Assembly (NCBI GenBank): GCA_033442325.1
Contig: JAWQFM010000011.1
Location: forward strand, 551,498 to 615,497
Length of the DNA stretch: 64,000 nucleotides
Source of the DNA: Salpingoeca rosetta
Taxonomy: Eukaryota; Protista; Choanoflagellata
Direction of reading: 5' to 3'
Part shown: positions 1 through 19,217 of the stretch, in pieces
Layout: each line of letters starts with the position of its first letter
How positions within the stretch are numbered: the stretch's first letter is position 1
Made by a program: the position numbers and the translations under genes
The notes under the pieces: generated by a model
The model's input: the letters and a program-made list of their open reading frames with translations, nothing else
Told to the model about the DNA's origin: nothing
Databases searched by the model: none

Positions 1-1762
<1,762 letters not shown>

Positions 1763-2086
1763 TCTTCCTTCCAGATTGCTTTGTCAGCACAAAACTGAAG
1801 CAAAGCAGAGATGGTCAACACGTGAGTTGACTGACACCTCTGACTGCACAGGTGTGCACCGTGCTGCATGCGTGTGCATGCCAGTGCTTCTTGCTGCGAT
1901 GCATGAGGACCCAGCTGCCGCGATGGCCCAAGCAGTGGCACCGACGTCTACCCGCGCAAAGACAGGTCAGTGCTTCTTGTCACCATCGCCATCACCAACA
2001 CCATCACCAACACCATCATCAACACCATCACCAACTTCCACTCCGCTCGACTCCTTGATGCCTGGTCCACCACGGCCGTTTCCTCC

Positions 2087-2150
2087 TCTGCTCCTCTTCC
2101 ATGTGGTCTTCTTCCGTCTGCTCCTCTCCCATTTGGTCTTCTTCCGTCTG
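2087..2150. repeat. 30-bp minisatellite, ~2.1 copies
   Basis: TCTGCTCCTCTTCCATGTGGTCTTCTTCCG / TCTGCTCCTCTCCCATTTGGTCTTCTTCCG / TCTG. Confidence 0.8.
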
Positions 2151-3469
2151 GCCTTCTTCCTTTGCTTCGCACGGAGGTTTGCAACAGAATCGGCAAGCCA
2201 AAGCTACCGCTTGTCGGATTACACAACTCCAACACCAAGCCATCGTTGGCGTGCGGCACGTGGTGCACGACTTCCATCAACGTCGGGCCTCGCTCGTGTG
2301 CGTGAGACCGGGAGCAGAGGACCGCTGGTGGTGGTGGTAATGTCAGCAAGAACAGCCACTGTTCTTTGCCGGTACCACACCACTGGCTATGGACGATGGT
2401 GTGCAGAGCGGAGAGTAGGCGGTGACGTGTGAGGGGTCGCGCAAGGCTGGTGTTCCGTCGTGTCGCTGTGGCCGTGTGCACACATGGCGTTGGGGATTCC
2501 TCCCTTCCATGCTCCCTCGAACATGTTCTTCAAGTGGTTGTGGTTGTCATGGCTGAGGGAAGGCGCAAGTGTGTGTGTGGGTGTATGGGTGCGTGGGCGG
2601 TGCGGAGGCTCCAAACGCCTTTCTGGTGTTCTGTTTGAGACGCGCTCGCCCATCACCCTTGCCCTCCCCCCCCCTTCCTCTCACCAGCTTCCACTTGTCC
2701 CGACGCCTGCCACGGTCCCGCTCACGGAACATCGCGCCTTGCGTGTCTTTCTCCCCTCCCGCACTCTGTCTTGCTCCACCATATGCACCATCGCTCCATG
2801 CGTTCTCTGTCGCTTCCTCTCCCACACGAGCTGGAAAGCCCACGCACCCCTGGAGATACCAGTCGTGCGAGCATGTATCCTTCCAACTCGCACGTGTGTG
2901 TCTCTGGCTCGCCGCCACACTTTTTTTTTCCTCTTCCCCTCCCTCCTCCTCCTCCTCCCTCCCTTGCACTGCTCCTGTTCTCATGCTTATGCCACATCTC
3001 GCTCACTCATTTGATTTGTCTCCCGCTCCCCGGGTCGTCCCAACTTCTTGTCCAACAGGAATGTGCTGCGCTCTGGCTTTGCCTTACACTGCAATGTAAT
3101 GTTACATGTTGCTACGGCTAGCTAGACTTGGTTGACTGATGTGACATTGGGCTTTTATCCCTTTCTGACAGCATGGGCAAGACATGTGACATGATGTGAC
3201 CCATAATACACAACCACTCACAAGAAAGCAAGATAGCACATGAAGACGTGGTGTGGCGACGAAGTTGACGGTGCCGACGGCGTGATGTGATGTGTGATGG
3301 GATGTGATGGGATGTGATGATGCAAGCAAGCGAGAAGCCAATGGAAATAGAGAAGAGCCCACTAGACTGGCTCAATACGAAAGAAGTGAGCAAACAAGCT
3401 CACACTCTCATGCGCATGGATGCAGATGCGAAAAGCAATGCCGAAGAACAACAAAGACATGCATCACGT

Positions 3470-4097
3470 CTAGCTCTGCGCCTCATCATCATCGCCATCA
3501 TCACCATCATCACCCTCTGCCTCGGCTGCGTCGTCGTCTTCTTGCCCATCATCTTGGACGCCATGATCACCGTCAGCCTCTTGGTCATCATCGCCATCAT
3601 GGTCATCATCATCATCATCCTGTTCTTGCTCCTCCTCCTCCTCCTCCTCTGCATCTTCTTCTCGCTGCTCTTGTTCCTCGTCCTCTTGTTCCTCGCCTTC
3701 CTGCTGCTCCTGATCTTCATCATAGTCTTGCTGCTGTTCCCCTTGCCCCTCTTTCTGGTCATAGTGTTCCCCTTCGTCGTCCTCTTCATCCTCCCCACCT
3801 TCTTCTTGCTCTTCTTCACCCTGTTCACCCTCACTTGCTTGTTCCTCTTCCTCCTCTTCCTCCTCTTCCTGCTCCTCCTCCTGTAGAGGCGGGGTGCTGC
3901 TGATGGCGCCCATCGCCGCCTCCCGCGTCATCGTGTGCGCCGCGCTCCCAATCACAACCGTCGGCTCAGACGCCATCGCCTCCCCTGCGCACAACACGCA
4001 AACACACGTCAAAACAAAGCATGGCGGATGCGCATGGCATGTACGTGACAACTAGCTCCTCTGAGGCAACGACAACACACACACACACTCACAAACA

Positions 4098-4167
<70 letters not shown>

Positions 4168-4841
4168 CGCAAACACACACACACATTCAGTGTGGCTGTA
4201 CCGTGCTGTTGGGTGTCGTGGTCTTCCTCTTGGTCGGCGTCGCGTCGCCCATCGTCGGCACGGCGGTCCGGGTGCTGCCATCCATTCACCTGCTGCTCAT
4301 CCTCCCCTTCGTCTTGTGCAGCATATTCCTCCTCCCGCTGTTCACGGCCTTCTTCTGCCTCTTCTTCCTCTTCTTCTTCCTGTTCCTCCTCCCGCTGTTC
4401 ATGCTCATGGTGCAGCTGGTCATCATCGCCATCATCGCCATCATCGCCATCATCATCAGCATCATCGGCATTGACCTGTCGCTCCTGCCCGCTGTCTTCG
4501 AGCTCAGACGCCGCCCTGTCGTCCTCGCCAAAGAAATGATGATGCTGCTGTTGCTGCTGTTCTTGGTGCTGCTGCTGTTGTTGTTGTTGGTCGAACGATT
4601 GCTCATGCTGGTGCTGGCGCTGGTGCTGGTGGTGACTGTATCGGTTGTTGTGATGGCCATCTTGCTGCTGCTGAAGCTGCTGGTGGCCAATGGGCTGAAC
4701 CAAAACGAGCGCAAGCAAGCAGGCGCGATGAGCATGCAGGGATGCGATGAATGGCAGTGACCACTTGAACGCTCACAAGTCGGACAGCAGAAAACACGCT
4801 AGGCGGACAGGCAAACGAACAGCGTCGAAGAAACGAACCGA

Positions 4842-4919
<78 letters not shown>

Positions 4920-6852
4920 GCGCGCGCGCGNNNNNNNNNNNNNNNNNNNNNNNNNNNNNNNNNNNNNNNNNNNNNNNNNNNNNNNNNNNNNNNNNNNNNN
5001 NNNNNNNNNNNNNNNNNNNNNNNNNNNNNNTACACGCGCGCGCGCGCGTCCACTCACCGGCAAGACGGCCTTGTTGTTGAGCGAGTGCATGGGCGGGTTG
5101 TTGCTGCTGCTGCTGTCGTGATGAGGGTGCGTACGTGAGGGCGAGTGCTGCACTGCAAAGTCGTCCTGCGACATGTTCTCGTACAGCGCGCGTTTGAACT
5201 TGTGGCGGCGGCCAACAGCGACGAGCACAGCGCCATCGAAGATGCCTGCGAGCGTGTTCACGCGATGGCCCTGCAGGTCGCACATCTGGAGCCGGTGGAA
5301 AGTTCAGGGGCGGAGGGCAATTGACATGGAGGTGAGGTGAGGGGTGGATGGCGATGCAACGTGTGTCTGAGCGAGAGAGCGAGAGAGAGAGAGTGTGTGT
5401 GTGTGTGTGTGTGTGTGTGATTGTATTATGGAGGTACCAAAATGCTAGCAGCGCTGCCCTGTCTTCAGTGTTCATCAGTACACCATTCACGTGGAACATA
5501 GCGCACGGCAGCACCTTTCGGATTGGTTCGGCGGGGAGGGCGACGCGTTCCTCAATCTGCCGGAACACCTGATCGAAGGTTAGTCGGTCGCGCTTGCCAA
5601 GCATCAGCTTCACCCCGGGACCCGTCTCACCGTTGCGCAGCACGCTGGAAGAACGCGGAGTCGGGGGTAGGGGCGGGGTGTCGTGTGAGGTTGTCGAGCA
5701 AGGCAGATGGCGAGGTGAGCACATGTCAGTGGAACACGAGAGTGGATTTGCACGTAAAACAACACAGAAGTACATGGACATGCATGCAAATGACACTCAT
5801 GTCAGACAAACACACGCACACACGCAACACAACACAAAAAGCGTCACCTCCCCCCCTCCTTCTCTTCTGCCCGAACAACTGACGTGATGATGATGGGCCT
5901 GGTTGCTGCGGCGGCTTTGCGTGCGCGGCCGGAGCGAACAGGCTTGCGGATATGATGCACAGGCGGCAGCGGGTTCACTGCCCCGCCTCGCAGCGGCTTG
6001 CCCAGCGTCTTTGCGTCGGGGATCTGCGCATATGCGTATGGGCGGAATCGCTCCTTGCCGGCAGCCACATACGCGCGGCCGTCCTCCAAATCAAGGATGG
6101 CGCGGACACGGTGCCCTGTCTCGGCATCATACAGGCGATGCACCGCACCAAAGTTGGCCTTGACGCCCTGCGTGACCTGCGTTGTTCAGCCACCACAATT
6201 GTAGCAACAGCAGTTGTGCACATCAGTATTGCCGCGTGTAGTGTGTGTGTGTGTGAGTGAGTGCGTTAGTGAGTGCGTGTGTGTGTGTGTCTGTGTGTTT
6301 GGGTGTTTGTGTCTGTGTGTGTCTGTGTGTGTCTTCTGTCTGTCCTGGTGTGAAAACAGCGGGAAAAAAAACTTAGACGTGTACATCACTCGACCCGACA
6401 CCCCCCCCCACACACACGCATGGACACGCACTGCAGCGAAGCAAGTCAGAGAGTCGACACATACCACGTCCAAGAAGACGGTAAAGTCAACTTTTGGGTT
6501 GCGGATGAGAATGTTCCGTCCGGGAAAGTGGGTGTCCCCATTCCTAACACAATGAACATCATCAGCAGCAGCCACAACAGTAAGAATTGGGTGATCCCTC
6601 CTCACACAAATGAGTGTATGTTTGTGTGCGTGCGTGTGTATGTGCGTGTGTATGTGTGTGTGTGTGTGCGTGTAGTCGCTGGGGGTGGTTAGGTGAACGG
6701 CAGGCACTGCGGAGACAGCGTGCGTGCGTGCGGACATCAAATCACACAGGACAACCCACACAAACACGTTTGTGTGCACACAGGACCCAGACGAACCGAT
6801 ACACACGGATCTTGCGGGGCTTGAACGGCTCTGCCGCTGTTGGGTTGGACAT
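3470..6852 (-). CDS. DCDC2: Tandem doublecortin-domain protein (DCDC2-like) with long His/Gln-rich and Asp/Glu-rich tail
   Basis: Seven phase-consistent exons. DCX1: RKIRVYRNGDTHFPG..VDFTVFLDVVTQGVKANFGAVHRLYDAETGHRV..LEDGRAYVAAGKERF. DCX2: ITVLRNGE..TFDQVFRQIEERV..IRKMCDLQGHRV..DGAVLVAVGRRHKFK. No kinase domain. Acidic exons at 4694-4202 and ~3985-3470. Confidence 0.85.
4931..5030. other. Assembly gap (100 N) inside an intronic (CA)n/(CG)n tract
   Basis: Run of N. Confidence 1.
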
Positions 6853-7001
6853 GGTGGCCCTTTCTTCTTCTTCTTCCGGCCCACTCGTTTGCGAGCTGGC
6901 TGACAGAGGCAAGCTCACACACACTCTCTCTCTCACACAATAGGGACGAATGAAGGCGCAGGTGCAGGAGTGGTCGAGTGCAGCACAGTCAAAACAAGCA
7001 A

Positions 7002-7015
7002 GTTGCCAAGGAAAA
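7002..7015. promoter_or_regulatory. X-box-like RFX binding site ~150 bp upstream of the DCDC2-like ATG
   Basis: GTTGCCAAGGAAAA, close to the RFX X-box (GTTGCCAxGGxAAC), with an intact GTTGYCA half-site. Confidence 0.55.
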
Positions 7016-7051
7016 GTAGACCAAGATGCAGCGAATTCTCCACAGTTGTTG

Positions 7052-7211
<160 letters not shown>

Positions 7212-7378
7212 TGTGTGGCATCGTTTCTTGCTTCGTTCCTTCCATCCTTCCATCCTTCCCCCGCCCTTCTCCCCTTCCCTTCTTTGTTCAATCTTGCGAA
7301 CCCACTGCACATGACTGAGTGCATCGACTTGTTCAATACCACCCAACATGGAAAAATACGCACACACACACACGCACA

Positions 7379-12923
<5,545 letters not shown>

Positions 12924-14939
12924 GTTGTTGTTGTTGTTGTTGTTGTTGTTGTAGATGCTGGTGCGGCTCCCCATGATGACAGTTGCTTGCTCGCTCGCTG
13001 GCTGGTTGGCCGGTTGGCCGGTTGGCTCGCTGCGTGTCTGCCTCTGTGACGTACCCAGTGCCTCGCTCCCCTCGTCTCGCTTGCTCTCCCTCGTCTTCTT
13101 GAGGATGCTGGTCACACGCTCTCCTCGCACCACAGCCACACTGCCACACTGCCACCTTTTTCTTTTCTCTCGTGTGTCCGTTGCTCCCGCTCGTTGTTTT
13201 TTTTTTACATTATCCTGCCGTAGATTCGATGCGCCTCTAAAACACGACGCTGCGCGTGTGAGTGCGTTTCCGCCCATGTTTTGGGCTCTGGCGTGTTGCT
13301 TCGGTGCGTCTGACCCAACCTAGCCGGGTGGCGAAGTTGAAAAGTATTCCTTCGTGAACTCCCCCTCACACCATCAATCCTGCATGTTGCACGGCACGGC
13401 AACGTGCATTTTGAAACCGTCGTGCACGACATTGCGTTCTGGGCCCCAAGGAACGCCTCCAGTATTTCACGCATCCTACTTACAAGCACACGTCGGAGGA
13501 GCAAAACACAAAAGAAGCAAGCAACAACACAACAACGCCAGCAACAAAGTTGATGGTAAAGTTGTTCACGCAACACAGATACGCTCTTCTTCCCCAGCCA
13601 GGTTTTGTGACCCACTGTCCAACGTGACCCGCCACATTCTTGACCCGTACGTCCCACCAGTGGTAGGTCACGTTTTGTTGTGGGACATCCCTCACCATCC
13701 CAGCAAGGCACAGCATCATCACATCACACACCATACCTGCTGCAGTTTGCCCCACCCACGCGCGGATTGCGCATGTCCATGCCCTTCGCTACTGGCCGTT
13801 GCCAAACATGGTGCGTGTAACGAACTTCCACATGCCACGCCACATGCACACACACGCGCTCGCGTGTAAACACATGCACACACACGAACGAACGAAATCG
13901 CAGGTTTGATTGGCGAAGCAACACCGCTCGATCGTCCGCGGCAGACGACAAAAACCAAACGCAGCCTCACCAAGCAACCAACGAACGAACAAACGAAAAG
14001 GATCTCACATCGCATTCCCGCGCACCGGTAAGTTGTCCAACTTGCTTGTTGCTCGTGGCCTTCTTGCTCTGCTTGCTGGCACTTGTGTATGCACACGCAA
14101 TCGCAATCGCCAACGCAGTCGCGTGCCCTCTGCCCGCCTGCTGCGGTGAGCTCATTCGTTGTTTGCGTCGTCGTTTTGACGCGGCGCGCATACACGCACA
14201 CCTGCACGAACCACAGCAAGCACACACACGCACACACAGGAAGGAGCAGCAGTGCAGAAAGAAGGGGGGAAAAAAGCACAAACGCAGTCGCCAGCCACGC
14301 CAGAACACAACCAGCACCAGTGGTGTGGCACGCTGCGGTGTCCTCTCCGACTGGCCTGTCTCAACGCCCGCCTGCACACGCGCGGCAAACTTCCTGCCTT
14401 CCTCGCTGCCGTCCTCCAAAAACCACGCTTGAGGTCTCCTTCCTTTCCTGACCAACCCACGACAATTGCCTCGATCAAGATCAAGCCCCGCCACGTTCAC
14501 GAGGGCCTGTCCATTTGCATCTTCCAATCCGTGAGTAAGAATCACTCACGCGCGCGCGCATACTCACACCTACTCACACAAGGCACACCTTGCTTCGCGA
14601 TGCCCATCAAGCAAGCAAGGGTCGCCCCAGCCCCTGCCCACACTATCCAACAACACCTGCAACCGCAACCGAGCGTGTGGCGTTGCACGAAGTGTGCGTG
14701 CGTGTGGTGTTGCTTCAGCGGGTCGCAATTCGCCCCCTGTCGTCGTACTTCTCTCACGCACGTCCAAACAACTTTTTTTTTTCCACACTCGCTTGCTGGT
14801 CTTGCTCGACAACACCACAACACCACCCACCCACCAGCACCACCTCGCTCATCCATTTCCCCTCATTCCTTCTTGCTGCACTGCTGGCGTTGCTGCTGTC
14901 TCTCTCTCCCTCCCTCTCCTGTCGGTACCCACCACACAT

Positions 14940-15310
14940 CACTGGGTTTCGTACGCGGATTTAAGAATTCCCGAGTGCATCACGGTAGGAGGATTGAGCG
15001 TAGGCAGGATGGCCCTAATTTTGCGAAGTATAGCAGAGACCAACCCTAAAACACATCTGGCGTTACGGATCTGGCAATTTTGAAAACGCTGCCCCGCGAA
15101 AGCCGGCATAGGGTTCGCTTGAAGAGCACGGGTTACGACCCTGAACGGGGTTACCTCGGGGGGGATTAGGGCGACCGTTTCCCATGAGATTTCGGTAAGC
15201 TCTCCCCTCCCACTTACCGACAACGCCGCACCTCTGTACATCAACGCCTCTTGGATAAATCAGACGAGATTGAGGTGTCATAGGGTGAGAAAGTAGCAGG
15301 TCTATGCCAC
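14940..15310 (+). ncRNA. Candidate structured RNA element of unknown class
   Basis: Microsatellite-free island. Nested helices 15012-15019/15165-15172 and 15042-15048/15109-15115. GAAA-capped (15098) and UACG-capped (15134) hairpins. Stems 15192-15199/15213-15220, 15228-15234/15272-15278 and 15279-15283/15302-15306. G-U pairs favour the + strand. Confidence 0.45.
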
Positions 15311-16251
15311 CACGACACGTCGTCGTCGTCTCTCTCTCCTCCTCCTCCTCTCTCTCTCTCCTCCTCTCTCTCTCTCTCTCTCTCTCTTTGCCTCCTCTTC
15401 CACCCGCCACCTACCTGCCTTGCTTCCCCTTCTCGCGTGTACCTGTTTGTGTCGCTCTCCCCATCACAGCAACGCAACAGCGCCCCAACGCCCAGCAGCA
15501 ACACATTTGGCAGGAGCTCTCTGCCCATTGCGTACCATCCCATCCCATCCTCGCCCACATCCGTCTGTCAGTCTATCAGTCTATCTTGCTTGCTGAGCGC
15601 TTGACGCTTGTCACGTCACTTTTGTCTTGGCTTCGCGCCCAAAACGCATGCCTCCAACGTTGACTTGTGCGCGTGCTTGTTTGTTTGGTCAGCCCCTTGC
15701 CTGCAGCTCTGCTGGCCGTGCTTGCTGTGTGCACTTGACTCGTGTCTTCCTCATCTCCTCACCATCTTCATCATTGCCATCCATCATCATCATCATCATT
15801 GTCACTCGCGCGTTCAGTGTCTCACGCTGCTTCTCTCTGCCTGTTTGTTCTCTCGTGTTGCTGGTGGCTGGGCACGAACCACCACCATCGCTGCCGCCAC
15901 CATTCGCATCATCATCATCATCATCATCATTGCATGTGCCTCCATTGATTTGCTTGCCGACTGACTGGCCGGCATCAGCCACAGCAACCAACCCATCGCA
16001 GCAACTAAGCCCCCCACGGCAGCTGTGTGAAGCACTTCCGCCTCTCCACTCAACTGTTTGGTGGTGGCATGAGCGTTGAAGGATAGCAGCCTCCTCTTCG
16101 TCAACAACACCTCTCATCCAACAAAGAGGGCGCGTGACCTTGCCCTCCTCTCCTCCATCTCATCAGCACCACCACCACCACCACCACCACCACCAGCAGC
16201 AGCAGCAACAGCAGCGACAGCATCCGTGACGAGTGTGCTGCAACAGAACGC

Positions 16252-17965
16252 ATGCACACGATGCCAACACCACCAGACGACAATGACGCCACACCAGTGG
16301 CGTCGTCGTCATCCTCCTCCGCTTCGCCACTGGTCCAACCCAAACGCAAACCCACCACCCCGAGCTCCTCGCGTGTTGATGACACGCAATCAACTTCCCA
16401 CAAAGGTCCTGCCTCTTCCCACTCAACATTTCCCTACAACACACGCAAGCACATGCACACACACCCACACACACCCAAGCACCCCACCCTTCACCGCCTC
16501 TCCACCTAAACACCAAACAACATTTCTACACACCCCCAACGCACCCCAACGCCCTTTCAAACCACACATGCATGCGCACCTACGCCTGCCTAAACGCGCG
16601 ACAACATGTTTGGCACAGGTCCTACAAACACATCACCAACAAACACATCACAACACAACAACATAACACATCCTACAAACATACACATGCAACACACACA
16701 CACACACACTCACGCACACACACGCGCGCGCACATCACAACACACCAGCATGTGAAACCACCACATCACACTCTCAACTCTGCGCTTGCACACCTGTGTT
16801 TCTTTGTGTTGTGTTGTGTGTGTGTGTGCGTGTGTGTGCGTGCGAACCATTTGCTACTTGTGCATGTCGTGCCTCGCGTGTGTGCGATCCAATCAACGAC
16901 GTTGTTCCCCATTCATTCATTTCTCCCACGAGCTCACACCTGACCTACCCGCTCTCGCTCTCTTGCTCGCTGCGCCATCATCGCCATCAACTTTTTTTTC
17001 CTGCACTTGCTTGACTTGACCTCTGTCTTTGCATGCTTGGCCTCTGTCCTTCCTCCCACCTCCCCACATCTTTTCCCACCCCTCTCTTGCCCATCTTCTG
17101 CACGAACACAAACACCAACACAAACACCAACACAAACACCCCTTCCATTATTGATCCATCCTCCCATTCAACCATCCTCTTGCGTGCAACCCATCCCATC
17201 AACTTCTTGTGACCAAACTCTAACTTCACTTGCTTGCTTCCTTGCTTGTGTTCGTTTCCTCCGGTGGGCCTCAACCAATTCCCCCCACAACCCCTCTCCA
17301 ATTCGACTTACCCATACCTTTGACCCCCGCGCCACCTCCACACTATTCCCTCGGCTGCGGCCCTCTCGTTGTTGTTTTTTGTTTGCCGCGCAGGCGATGC
17401 TCCCTCAAGCGCAACACGAGCTATGATGGCAGGAATGACACCCTCGCCGCCACAACCAGCAAAGACAGCAACTACAACAACTACAGCAGCAACAGCACCG
17501 TCATCAACAACCGCAGATGCAACAGATGCAACAGCCGCCCCCACTCTCGCCTCCTCGTCAGGAACTACGGGCCACGCGCAATCAACATCCACGCCAACGG
17601 CCCGCAAGCACCAATGTGACCCGTCCAGTCCAGAATCTGCTGTTGCATCCACACCACCCGATCACTCCTCAACCGCACACCGCCGCAGCCGCAGCAGCCG
17701 TCGCCAGCAGCAGCACCAGCAGCAAGAGCAAGAGCAAGAGCAAGGGCGTGTGGCCGCTTCTTCTTCAGACACAACCCTCCACACGAGCATGGTGCAAGCA
17801 TCCCTCCACGCCCACAGCAGTGATGGCAGTGAAGACGCCCGTGAACCCCACGATGGGCGTGCGACATTTCGCAAACCCAAAGCGAAACAGGGCGTCGGCG
17901 GTCGGAAAGGCGGTGCTGCCCCCCGCACACGACCCAGCAGGTACAAGGACGACGACGACGACGAC

Positions 17966-18009
<44 letters not shown>

Positions 18010-18443
18010 CGCTGACGCCGATGATTGCGCAGCAGCAGACAGCGGCTCGGATGCTGATGGGGACAACGCATACCATGCGGCCGGTGTAACCGCCGGCTCT
18101 GAAGGACAAGGACAAGCGAGTCACCGACGGGAGCAGCCACATCCGCAACGCTATCGTCGCAGTCGCCGCAGTGGTAGCAGCAATGGCAGCAGCAGTGGTA
18201 GTGCTGGTACTCAGCGCAAGCACAGAGGTGAGCCGTCATCCCCACCATCATCACCATCATCATCGTCGTCATCATTATCTGTACCTTCTTCGCCGCCGCA
18301 GTCTCCACCAGACGCAGGCGTGCAAGCAGGTACGGCGGGCGATGTGAACAGACCACGTGCTCGGCACTCGCGCCATGATCGGCGACGCCACAGCAAACAG
18401 CGGACTCGTGATAATGATGACGACGATGACAACAACAACAACA

Positions 18444-18483
<40 letters not shown>

Positions 18484-19165
18484 TAGGCACCGCCGCCACC
18501 GCCGCAGCCTCCACCAGAAGCAGCGCCGAAAGCCAGAATCTGACGAACGCCCCTCGGCCGCAGCAGCAACGAAGTCATCGACATCGTCGCCATCGCTGTC
18601 GCGGATACGAGGCAAAGACGCCCGTGCCCCGCCGAGAGAGGTGGACAGCGGCAGCTCAGGCGCTGGCGTCGGCGCTGCGCGTGCGGGTGCATTGAAACGT
18701 CGTCACCGCAGAGGCAGCGCAAACGGCAACAACGCCGCCCGCGAGCCAACAACGCAGCCACATCCCCACAGCCATCAACAGAAGCAGCAGCAGCAGCGCC
18801 GACGGCAGCTAGAAGGCGATCTGAGCAGCTCGTCCGCGATCTCGTCATCAGCACAGCAGGGCGCGCGAACGCAAATGACAACAAAGCCTGCGCACGGAAG
18901 CGGAACAAGTGCACCTGTGGTGCCGACGACGACAACAAACTCCCGGCTGATTGGCGGTGGTACCCAGCTGCAGCCGTTCCATTTGCCGCCATCCATGGTG
19001 TCATCCCTGACAGCGGCATCTCCCTCTGCTGGTGCTGGTGCTGCTTCTTCTTCGTCTTCTGTTGGTGCGCGAGGCGCACGGAACGCGTCGTCTGCCAGAT
19101 CCCAACTCGAGCTTGCCCAGCGACAACGTCAGCAGCAGATGCTCATGCTTCTCCAACAACAACAA

Positions 19166-19217
<52 letters not shown>

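Noticed and set aside
3314-4760. Very hydrophobic + strand ORFs (3314-3886, 4203-4760) resembling membrane proteins
   Set aside because: Antisense shadows of the E/D-rich DCDC2-like exons.
13200-14900. ORFs 13354-13869, 13967-14545 and 14252-15049 in the long intergenic region
   Set aside because: No recognisable domains, codon bias or consistent exon chain; probably promoter/UTR.
15071-15083. CTGGCAATTTTGA resembling the U4 snRNA Sm-site region
   Set aside because: No U6-pairing stems or 5' kink-turn loop upstream, so not U4.
15185-15270. TGAGA and TGGATAA fragments recalling a TPP riboswitch; GCTGCCCCGC (~15088) recalling a cobalamin riboswitch
   Set aside because: Core motifs (CUGAGA..CCUGAUC; GGGAA..ACUG) are missing.
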